Origin: a virus
DNA: 64,000 bases
Direction: 5' to 3' (one strand)
Virus record (IMG/VR): IMGVR_UViG_3300045988_130116
Part shown: piece after piece, positions 36,087-43,208 of the stretch
Numbering within the stretch: position 1 is the first letter of the stretch
Layout of the letters: every line of letters starts with the position of its first letter
Notes under the pieces: generated by a model
Database searches by the model: none
Seen by the model: only the letters and a program-made list of their open reading frames with translations
What the model was told of the DNA's origin: nothing
Translations under genes and position numbers: made by a program

Positions 36087-36345
36087 CACTTAACTCTTTT
36101 ATTTTATTCTCTATTATCTGTTCTATAGGAAGACTATTATTTTTACTTATAATTGTTAATTCTATTCCTTCATTTACTACAGGTTTATTATCTATATAAG
36201 GTATAACGTATGCTTCATCATCTAAACATAAAACATATTTTATATCCTCTGACCCAAACTCTAGCCCTGTATAAAATATATCATACATGGTTATAATTTC
36301 TTCTCTTATCACTTCGTCTTTTAGCAGTTTTATATATTTATCCAT
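36082..36345 (-). CDS. hypothetical protein
   Basis: 87-aa ORF; terminator overlaps its stop codon. Confidence 0.5.
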   Translation of the reverse strand: MDKYIKLLKDEVIREEIITMYDIFYTGLEFGSEDIKYVLCLDDEAYVIPYIDNKPVVNEGIELTIISKNNSLPIEQIIENKIKELSV

Positions 36346-36601
36346 TCTTATTCACCCCTCTTACCGTTTTTAAAGCAATACTCTCTTCATTGTCTATATC
36401 TATACCTTCTGATTTTAGAACGTCTTTAACAAGGTTCGTGCCGTTTCTAAACTTATAATCCTCAAATAAGACTTCTGCATCAACTCCTGTTATTATTCCC
36501 AGATCATTTATCATATCGTATATTAGGTTATGTAGGAACATAAGATGTTCTTGCATAGATAATTCATTCGGGAATATTATTTCCTCTTTGCACCTTATCA
36601 T
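36338..36601 (-). CDS. hypothetical protein
   Basis: 87-aa ORF; AAAGGAGGT SD lies inside upstream mini-ORF 36603..36668. Confidence 0.5.
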   Translation of the reverse strand: MIRCKEEIIFPNELSMQEHLMFLHNLIYDMINDLGIITGVDAEVLFEDYKFRNGTNLVKDVLKSEGIDIDNEESIALKTVRGVNKNG

Positions 36602-36602
36602 G

Positions 36603-36668
36603 CTATTTACCTCCTTTAATAAGGTTAATTTTCTTTCTTAGATTTATTCTTTTTCTCAATTTTATCAT
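36603..36668 (-). CDS. possible 21-aa basic leader peptide
   Basis: Own translation MIKLRKRINLRKKINLIKGGK; GAAGGAGGT SD. Its last codons encode the SD of 36338..36601. Confidence 0.3.
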   Translation of the reverse strand: MIKLRKRINLRKKINLIKGGK

Positions 36669-36684
36669 ACCATTACCTCCTTCT

Positions 36685-36713
36685 ATTTTATCACACTTTA
36701 AGGTTGTTGTCAA
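36685..36713 (-). promoter_or_regulatory. cassette-type promoter TTGACA-17-TAAAAT
   Basis: TG extension present (TGTGATAAAAT); drives mini-ORF 36603..36668 and 36338..36601. Confidence 0.6.
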
Positions 36714-36715
36714 CC

Positions 36716-37303
36716 CTAAAGTGTTATTATTCTTCCAGTTGCTACTTCTTTAGCAACTAAGTTAGCAGTTCTATGACAAGTAGGACGATATCTTAAAAGT
36801 AAACTCTTGTTTAGTCTATTTCTCTTAGCTACCACCTTACCACATTCGCTACATATTATATGGTATTTATAAACTGGAGCAACAGGTACATTAACTACGC
36901 TATTATTAATAGCAACGACTGGATTAGCTTCTCTGTATTTCTTCATATAGTCTGTAGTTTTAGTTCTGTTATCTCTTACTCCATACATTCTACAAAATCT
37001 CTTCCAAGTATCATTGTGTCCTACTGGTTTTCCGCAGTATATATTTGCTAATACATGAATTACTTCATGATGAATAGTATCTATAACATCGCTTTTTTCT
37101 CCGTATTCAAGATACTTTTTATTGAACGTAAACTTTACAGGCTTCCCGTTAGCATTTAGATAACTAACTTGCCCCAAAGTTCTAGTCATTCTGGAAGATA
37201 TATTTATAGGAGTATTTTTTATATACTCTAAAATCAAGTCTCTATGTTCTTCTTTCATGCTATTTACAAAATCCACCATTTCTTTTCTTATCATTTCTAC
37301 CAT
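36716..37303 (-). CDS. SprT-like zinc metalloprotease with C-terminal zinc ribbon
   Basis: VIDTIHHEVIHVLANIY...GHNDTWKRFC; CSECGK...CH. ATG 37303 after GAGGGGG preferred; track start is 37321. Confidence 0.65.
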   Translation of the reverse strand: MVEMIRKEMVDFVNSMKEEHRDLILEYIKNTPINISSRMTRTLGQVSYLNANGKPVKFTFNKKYLEYGEKSDVIDTIHHEVIHVLANIYCGKPVGHNDTWKRFCRMYGVRDNRTKTTDYMKKYREANPVVAINNSVVNVPVAPVYKYHIICSECGKVVAKRNRLNKSLLLRYRPTCHRTANLVAKEVATGRIITL

Positions 37304-37337
37304 ATTATCAATCCCCCTCATTCTTTATTATACTTAT

Positions 37338-37366
37338 ATTATATCACATTATCAAAATGTTGTCAA
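37338..37366 (-). promoter_or_regulatory. cassette promoter TTGACA-17-TATAAT
   Basis: Drives SprT-like gene. Confidence 0.75.
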
Positions 37367-37419
37367 GTATTTTTTTTAATTTTTTTTGAGAATTTTTAAG
37401 ATAACCTTCGAGTCTTTTG

Positions 37420-37611
37420 TTAAAATTCTAATTTATCATTTAACCACAATTTGTAGTTTTTTACTGTAGCTAGTTTATAAGCCTCTTCCATCATTCCATC
37501 TACATCATCACCTTCTTCATCTTCATGTCTTATAAAAACTTCTTGAATTAAAAAGTCCATAAATTCCTCAAAGTCTGGTTGGCTTTGTAAGTTTTTCTTT
37601 GTTATTTTCAT
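37420..37611 (-). CDS. small acidic hypothetical protein
   Basis: 63-aa ORF; cassette promoter 37644..37672. Confidence 0.5.
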   Translation of the reverse strand: MKITKKNLQSQPDFEEFMDFLIQEVFIRHEDEEGDDVDGMMEEAYKLATVKNYKLWLNDKLEF

Positions 37612-37643
37612 TTTTAATCCCCCTTATTTTTTATTATATTTAT

Positions 37644-37672
37644 ATTATATCATATATTAATAACATTGTCAA
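37644..37672 (-). promoter_or_regulatory. cassette promoter TTGACA-17-TATAAT
   Basis: Drives 37420..37611. Confidence 0.75.
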
Positions 37673-37682
37673 GTATTATTTT

Positions 37683-37822
37683 TAAAGATACTAAAATTTT
37701 TATCATTCATTTTATAAAGATACTAAAATGATTATCATTTAATAAAGTTACTAAAATAGTCATCATCTCAAACATTATTTAACTATACTTAATATATCAT
37801 CATTCTAAGTCTATTATCATTC
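37683..37822. repeat. iteron-like direct repeats AAAG(A/T)TACTAAAAT-N3-5-ATCAT (3 copies) plus ATCATTCT half-sites
   Basis: Copies start at 37683, 37715 and 37743. ATCATCATTCT and TTATCATTCT lie at about 37796..37822. Confidence 0.7.
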
Positions 37823-37944
37823 TGTAATTTGATGTATTGTTGATATATATAGATATAATATTATTTAAGTATTTCAATATACCTAAAATACCCCCGTATT
37901 TAGATTTTAAGCATATTGTAACACTTAAACAAGTAATTACATTA

Positions 37945-37972
37945 ATACCAAAGGCTATGCTTTTACATAGCC
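37945..37972 (-). terminator. possible terminator after GATase-like gene
   Basis: GGCTATG-TAAAAG-CATAGCC then TTTGGTATT (weak T tract). Confidence 0.35.
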
Positions 37973-38025
37973 CTCGATACCTGTAATTTACCGTCTCCGT
38001 TCTCTCTTGTAGTTATACTTATAAT

Positions 38026-39036
38026 CTACCATATTTTATACACCTTTTCACCAGTCATAGTAAGTCTTCTTTCATCATAGTTAACTCTGTATAACCAACA
38101 ATCGTTATCAATAACGTATTTATCTTGATAAGTGTAAAGATACATACCGCTTACTAATTCGACAAACTCATCAGTTAATGGAGTTTTATCTGCTAAAGCC
38201 TCTATGAAGTCTAATTTATCCATACGTTTATTTTCTACAAAGAAAGCTTGGAAATAGTCTTCAAAGTTATCAAAATAAAGTGCAGGGTCATCAACTATAT
38301 CGTCATAAGAAGGTGATAAATCTTTTTTTACTTTTTCAGCAGATTTATAATTAAATTTTACATATTTTTTTGTGTTTGTGTCCCAATAATATCCGTAGTC
38401 ATCATCCCATTCATGGTCATAACTATAAGGATTAGAAAAACTTTTATTATAGTAATATTTATCCCAACTTCTAGGTTCATAAGAATCGTTAGAGAATATC
38501 CAACCTTCTTCTTTTTCTATGAAGTCTCCATATAATTCTATTTCTCCATTAGATTTAAGAATACAGAATTTACCGTTGCCCTTCATTTCTTTAGCTAAAA
38601 CATCTTTATTATTAAGTCTCCATAAGCTAAATACATCATCTAATATAAATCTTTGTGTGTCACTCATTTTTTCTTCCCAAGCATATTTACCTATAATACC
38701 ATTGTGAACGATACCTGATCCACAATTTATTTCAGTTTTTCTTAATTTTTTCAATTTGTTAGTTATTGGGAATGGATGGCAAGTTTCCTTACTTATTCCA
38801 CCACTTGTTGAAATTCTAAAGTGCATTACTAAATTCTTTTCTTCAAGATGTTTATTATCCCAAAGTTCTTCTAGTCTTTCAATATATTTGTCTACATCAA
38901 AGAACCCTTTTTCTATGTGAACCTTATTATTGTCCACAAACATGAATCCTGCTCCGTCAGAATTATGAAGGAAACAGTTTTTTACATACTCTTCATTTAA
39001 TTTATACCCTTTTTCTTTTACAGCTATTATACACAT
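38026..39036 (-). CDS. class II (Ntn) glutamine amidotransferase-like protein
   Basis: 336 aa starting MCIIAV (Cys2 nucleophile); NSDGAGFMF, HFRISTSGG..CHPF, IVHNGII; cassette promoter 39080..39108. Confidence 0.7.
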   Translation of the reverse strand: MCIIAVKEKGYKLNEEYVKNCFLHNSDGAGFMFVDNNKVHIEKGFFDVDKYIERLEELWDNKHLEEKNLVMHFRISTSGGISKETCHPFPITNKLKKLRKTEINCGSGIVHNGIIGKYAWEEKMSDTQRFILDDVFSLWRLNNKDVLAKEMKGNGKFCILKSNGEIELYGDFIEKEEGWIFSNDSYEPRSWDKYYYNKSFSNPYSYDHEWDDDYGYYWDTNTKKYVKFNYKSAEKVKKDLSPSYDDIVDDPALYFDNFEDYFQAFFVENKRMDKLDFIEALADKTPLTDEFVELVSGMYLYTYQDKYVIDNDCWLYRVNYDERRLTMTGEKVYKIW

Positions 39037-39079
39037 TCCACATCACTCCTTTTAATATCTCATTTCTTACTATACTTAT

Positions 39080-39108
39080 ATTATATCATAAATTAATACT
39101 GTTGTCAA
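39080..39108 (-). promoter_or_regulatory. cassette promoter TTGACA-17-TATAAT
   Basis: Drives GATase-like gene 38026..39036. Confidence 0.75.
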
Positions 39109-39149
39109 GTGTTTTTTGATTTTTTTTAAAACTTTTTTATTTTTTTTTA

Positions 39150-39177
39150 TTGACTTATAAATATAATATAGTATAAT
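39150..39177 (+). promoter_or_regulatory. plus-strand promoter TTGACT-16-TATAAT preceded by T-tracts
   Basis: TTGACT 39150..39155, TATAAT 39172..39177. Divergent from 39080..39108 and convergent with 39411..39439. Confidence 0.5.
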
Positions 39178-39183
39178 AATATA

Positions 39184-39308
39184 TGTAGTAAATAACAAGT
39201 GTGCTTAATGTTTCACTTAAAGATAAAATTAATATTCCTTAAATTATATATTAAATTAATGTTACACTTGTTATTTATTTATTCTATTTATTATTGTTTA
39301 TTTTTTTT
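39184..39308 (+). ncRNA. candidate small RNA (promoter, long hairpin, T-run)
   Basis: 14-bp stem 39189..39202 / 39264..39277 (TAAATAACAAGTGT / ACACTTGTTATTTA), followed by a T-rich tail ending in T8 at 39301..39308. No ORF. Confidence 0.3.
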
Positions 39309-39321
39309 GCATTATTTTTAC

Positions 39322-39397
39322 ATAAAGTCGAAGGATTTTTTGAGTCCTCCCCTCTTTGTGCAAAATAAAGTCGAAGGATTTTTAGGGTCTTACCCCC
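39322..39397. repeat. tandem direct repeat (2 units of about 33 nt)
   Basis: ATAAAGTCGAAGGATTTTTTGAGTCCTCCCCTC at 39322..39353 and ATAAAGTCGAAGGATTTTTAGGGTCTTACCCCC at 39365..39397. Confidence 0.8.
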
Positions 39398-39410
39398 TAT
39401 TCATACTTAT

Positions 39411-39439
39411 ATTGTATCATAAATTAATAGTGTTGTCAA
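39411..39439 (-). promoter_or_regulatory. orphan cassette promoter TTGACA-17-TACAAT (no ORF downstream)
   Basis: Full cassette, but the leader runs into the tandem repeats at 39322..39397 and I found no SD/ORF. Confidence 0.6.
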
Positions 39440-39721
39440 GTGTTTTTTTATATATTCCTATGATTTTTTTATTTTCTATGGAATTGAAAAAATTTTTCTA
39501 TATGATTTTTTTATTCTTATATAGGAAAATATTTTTCTTTTTAATTGAACACTTGAACATATGTTCATATATTCAATTTTCCATATGAATATATATTCAT
39601 ATATTGTCAACCTTAATAAATAAAGTAAATTTTAAAAATACTTAATTTTATTAAAGTTCTGTATTCCATTGTAAAGAGTTATAAAAAAGAATTGATATAA
39701 TATATCATTAAGATGTTAACG

Positions 39722-39760
39722 CCTCTTAAATTGGCGTATAGAAGGTATTTTAGTTATATT
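39722..39760. repeat. 39-nt dispersed repeat, copy 1 (CCTCTTAAATTGGCGTATAGAAGGT...)
   Basis: 38/39 identical to 40025..40063; the core GGCGTATAGAAGGT is also at 40220..40233. Confidence 0.8.
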
Positions 39761-40024
39761 CTATATTATTAAATTAAAACATTGAATTGACTTTATTTTT
39801 TAAATTGACTAGAATTATTTGAATTGTTTATACAAACGTGAATTTTCTGACAATTCAAAATACTCTTATTTCTTCTATATATATTATAACATTTTTGACC
39901 TAAAAAGTCAAGGAAAAGTTTTTGACACTATTCGACAATATTATACAAAAAAACAACCGTTCTATTTTAGCGTGTAAAAGGCTTTAAAAAGTTTTTAATA
40001 CTAATATATAGCTAATAGCTAAAA

Positions 40025-40063
40025 CCTCTTAAATTGGCGTATAGAAGGTGTTTTAGTTATATT
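40025..40063. repeat. 39-nt dispersed repeat, copy 2
   Basis: CCTCTTAAATTGGCGTATAGAAGGTGTTTTAGTTATATT. Confidence 0.8.
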
Positions 40064-40210
40064 GGATAATTTAATATATTGTAAAATACGATATTTTATA
40101 TATGTATATTGTATACAAATATAGGTATATGCTAAAATATCCTTATATTTCAATTTTAAAGAGTTAGTATATATTAATCATATATTTATATTAAGATGTA
40201 TTTATAAGTG

Positions 40211-40233
40211 TCTTAAAAAGGCGTATAGAAGGT
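40211..40233. repeat. dispersed repeat, copy 3 (diverged)
   Basis: TCTTAAAAAGGCGTATAGAAGGT; shares upstream ATTAAGATGT with copy 1. Confidence 0.7.
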
Positions 40234-40297
40234 TATTATTTTAAGATTTTTAAAAATATTACTGTAATTTATTCAAATTATAAAAAGTGACCTAAAA

Positions 40298-40559
40298 TGA
40301 TAATCATTATCATTTATAATATTGTATAAAAACTTGTTTAATGTATACAAGTTGTTTCTTTATAAGAGTATTTAAAATTTAAATTATTTCCGAGTAGGCC
40401 GCTTTTTTCTAATTAATAATCATTCTCAATTAATAATTATTTTCATCAGGAAGGACCGCAGTCTAATTGAAAATTATTTTCAGTTGATAATTATTATCAT
40501 AAATTCTGATCATCTGAGGGTCCGCAGTGAGAATTGATATTAATTGAGAATGATTATCA
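40298..40559. repeat. Fur-box-like 7-1-7 palindrome cluster A
   Basis: TGATAATCATTATCA 40298..40312 (perfect), TAATAATCATTCTCA 40414..40428, TGAAAATTATTTTCA 40468..40482, TGATAATTATTATCA 40485..40499 (perfect), TGAGAATGATTATCA 40545..40559. Interleaved GC cores GGACCGCAGT 40453..40462 and GGTCCGCAGT 40519..40528. Confidence 0.8.
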
Positions 40560-40575
40560 CCTCTGGTTACTTCTG

Positions 40576-40607
40576 AAAAAAAAATACCTTTGGAAAAATC
40601 CAAAGGT
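40576..40607 (-). terminator. intrinsic terminator after 40626..41852
   Basis: ACCTTTGG-ATTTTT-CCAAAGGT then ATTTTTTTTT. Confidence 0.7.
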
Positions 40608-40625
40608 TTAAAGTAAGTTATTTAA

Positions 40626-41852
40626 TTAAAAAGTGTCATTTAAATAGTGAGATAGATATATATCTAAATTTTGATATTCTTCAAGGTTATTATCAATTAT
40701 TTCTCTAATCTTATATTTATTGTTAGTTTTATTAATATCATTAAATAATAGTAATTTAATTAACTCTATATTTGCAAATATATTTCTAAAAGATAAAGTC
40801 CCCTTAAAAAGTCTAAATTCTATTGTAGAGTAGTTATTAAAATTAATTATATGATATCTATCTCCCCACTTGTTTTCTAATGCTATATTTTCCAAGTTAC
40901 CTAAACTAGTGTCATAAAATGGAGACCATCTATTAAAACGACCTATATCCCTTTGACTATAGTCAAATATAAAGTCCTTGTTTAATTCCATAAATTGAAG
41001 AATATCTATCATTCTACTTTTTACAAAATTATTTTTAGTTATATGAATATGACCTCCACAAGAAGAATCTATATCAAAGTTAGCGCATTTTAAAAATCTA
41101 GTCATTTTTGGAATTACATCGTATGCAACATTAAAGCCTAACGGTTGACTTATAAACTCTATACCATTATTTAACGACCCATCCTCTTCTATATGGAAAT
41201 ATTTTTGCCAATTAAAATTATTATTGTCACAAATTTGTATAAAATCATTTATACATTCATTTATATTTGAGCGTGTTATTACCTCTAATTCAAGTCCTAA
41301 AAATACGCCTTCTTTACTCTCTCCAATAGGACTATATTCTCCATCCCATTCATGATAACTGTATACAAAGTCGTTGCAAGTCTCACAGTAGCAATCAATA
41401 CAATAAAACTCTCCATCCCCTTCATTATAATATAAGTCTTCTATATCGATAGCCTCTTCACAGTTGTAGCAATAATTCCACGCCTCACTCCTAGAAGAAT
41501 AACAATAAGTATTGCATTCAACCTCAACAAATTCATCGGTAGAGGCTTCTAATTCGTGATGGAAATCGCAATAATCAATATAATATCTTAAAGAAAAATC
41601 GTTAATACAGTCTCTACATCCGTCGAATATATTTATATAGATATTGTCTTCTAATACATGGATTTCTTCTATATCGTCTATTATTTCAACGTCGTTGATA
41701 TCGTCTTTATTATCTAATTCATTGATAGAGTCCATTATATTCTCCATATAAGGACAAGTATTACAAGAACAACTACCTTTTAAATTTTTCATAAATTCAA
41801 CGCTAAAATTATTATTTTCTAATACCTCAACTAATAAACTATTATTTAACAT
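40626..41852 (-). CDS. amidoligase (Amidoligase_2-like), third paralog, long Cys-rich N-terminus
   Basis: 408 aa; GVFLGLELEV...DGSLNNGIEFISQP...CGGHIHITK...INFNNYSTIEFRLFKGTL. Confidence 0.7.
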   Translation of the reverse strand: MLNNSLLVEVLENNNFSVEFMKNLKGSCSCNTCPYMENIMDSINELDNKDDINDVEIIDDIEEIHVLEDNIYINIFDGCRDCINDFSLRYYIDYCDFHHELEASTDEFVEVECNTYCYSSRSEAWNYCYNCEEAIDIEDLYYNEGDGEFYCIDCYCETCNDFVYSYHEWDGEYSPIGESKEGVFLGLELEVITRSNINECINDFIQICDNNNFNWQKYFHIEEDGSLNNGIEFISQPLGFNVAYDVIPKMTRFLKCANFDIDSSCGGHIHITKNNFVKSRMIDILQFMELNKDFIFDYSQRDIGRFNRWSPFYDTSLGNLENIALENKWGDRYHIINFNNYSTIEFRLFKGTLSFRNIFANIELIKLLLFNDINKTNNKYKIREIIDNNLEEYQNLDIYLSHYLNDTF

Positions 41853-41917
41853 ATAATTTTACCTCCTAATTATTTATTATAGTTAGGGAATTTTTAAAGG
41901 TATTCCCTAAAAACCTT
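41850..41917 (-). promoter_or_regulatory. duplicated 5' region with hairpin, copy 1 (upstream of 40626..41852)
   Basis: Minus strand AGGTTTTTAGGGAATACCTTTAAAAATTCCCTAACTATAATAAATAATTAGGAGGTAAAATTATATG; 8-9 bp stem at 41883..41910. Confidence 0.6.
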
Positions 41918-41925
41918 TTATAAAA

Positions 41926-42564
41926 TTATTGATTATTGTTTAAATAATCATTATATAATTTTTTCCAATAATTCCATATACAACAACAACAATTTGAAAA
42001 ATCATTATTTTTACATTCGCAATATTTTTTTGGAATTTCTATACCTTCTTTTTGGTATGCTCTAATTAAACAAGTCGATTCTTTCTCAAAGGCTTGATTA
42101 ACATAACTAGAAAAGAATCGGTCATTCCTTAAATATAGAGGGTCACAAATACAGTTTAGGTCATTTTTAAAAGTAGATATTTTTTCAATTTCTTTACTTA
42201 CAAATATTGAAAAATTCATTTTTTCACCATAACCACAAATGCAAGTATTTTCATTTATCCACAAAAATTTGTGAGGTAATACTTCATAACGATTATGTTT
42301 ATTACAATATTCCATAAAATACCATCCATTATATTCCATACAGTTTTTACATTCCATAAAAACATTTACTTGTTTTATATTTTCTTTATCGTCATACATA
42401 TAGCAATTTACTATTTTATTATTAGTGCTTTTATTTTCTAATAAATTGTTTAAAATATTACAGTTATTACACTTGCAAAAAGCCTCACTTTCAAGTTGTT
42501 TAAAGACTTGTATATCTAAATTTAAGCCTTCTAATAAACTTACTAATTCTTTATTGTTTAACAT
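41926..42564 (-). CDS. Cys-rich protein homologous to the N-terminal region of 40626..41852 (no amidoligase domain)
   Basis: 212 aa; MLNNKELVSLLEGLN..C.C..C versus MLNNSLLVEVLENNN..C.C..C; duplicated about 65-nt upstream region. Confidence 0.6.
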   Translation of the reverse strand: MLNNKELVSLLEGLNLDIQVFKQLESEAFCKCNNCNILNNLLENKSTNNKIVNCYMYDDKENIKQVNVFMECKNCMEYNGWYFMEYCNKHNRYEVLPHKFLWINENTCICGYGEKMNFSIFVSKEIEKISTFKNDLNCICDPLYLRNDRFFSSYVNQAFEKESTCLIRAYQKEGIEIPKKYCECKNNDFSNCCCCIWNYWKKLYNDYLNNNQ

Positions 42565-42627
42565 ATAATTTTACCTCCTAATTGTTTTATAGTTAGGGAA
42601 TTTATAAAGGTATTCCCTAAAAACCTA
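42562..42627 (-). promoter_or_regulatory. duplicated 5' region with hairpin, copy 2 (upstream of 41926..42564)
   Basis: About 90 percent identical to copy 1 by eye; stem at 42593..42620. Confidence 0.6.
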
Positions 42628-42647
42628 ATTTTAAAAATATTGTCAAC

Positions 42648-42824
42648 TTATAAATAATAAATTTCATTTAAAGTGTCTATTATATAAGATACATTTAATC
42701 CACTTTGAACGCCTACAAAGTCCGTAATATCCATTAATTTTAAACTAATAGGATTTTTAAAAGTTACTATTAAAGCTACTATTATGCAAATTGTTTTTAC
42801 TATTCTATTTATTTTTTTATTCAT
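42648..42824 (-). CDS. small membrane/secreted protein (58 aa)
   Basis: Own translation MNKKINRIVKTICIIVALIVTFKNPISLKLMDITDFVGVQSGLNVSYIIDTLNEIYYL; GGGAGGG SD. Confidence 0.5.
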   Translation of the reverse strand: MNKKINRIVKTICIIVALIVTFKNPISLKLMDITDFVGVQSGLNVSYIIDTLNEIYYL

Positions 42825-42840
42825 ATAAAGCCCTCCCTTT

Positions 42841-43197
42841 TTATTTTACTTTGCAAAAATCGTAAATTTTTTCTTGTCTTGTTCTATAATAGCAAGTTAA
42901 AATATTGCCACCAGTTAAACTTAAAACTACCATCAAAGTGGCTTGTTTACCTTCTATTATATCGTCTTTACGGTTACCGATGGTTAATACCTCCTCCATC
43001 GTACCCTTCTTTTTTTTGTTTTCCCTTATTTCATATAATAGGATTTTTCCATTTTGGGCTACGCTTCTAATGTATTCTTTATCTATAAAAACTGTATTTC
43101 TTTTTAATGCATGATAGGAAACATAAAAGCTTTTTTTTCTAGCGTTATCAAGTTTTATTTTATCTTTTTTATTTAAGTCTTTATATCTATACTTCAT
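42841..43197 (-). CDS. hypothetical protein
   Basis: 118-aa ORF; GGAGGGG SD. Confidence 0.55.
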   Translation of the reverse strand: MKYRYKDLNKKDKIKLDNARKKSFYVSYHALKRNTVFIDKEYIRSVAQNGKILLYEIRENKKKKGTMEEVLTIGNRKDDIIEGKQATLMVVLSLTGGNILTCYYRTRQEKIYDFCKVK

Positions 43198-43208
43198 TTT
43201 ATCCCCTC

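Noticed and set aside
39199-39588. 129-aa plus-strand ORF in the left repeat region
   Set aside because: Extremely Phe/Leu/Ile/Tyr-rich, with no SD. It spans promoters, tandem repeats and palindromes, so it is a compositional artefact.
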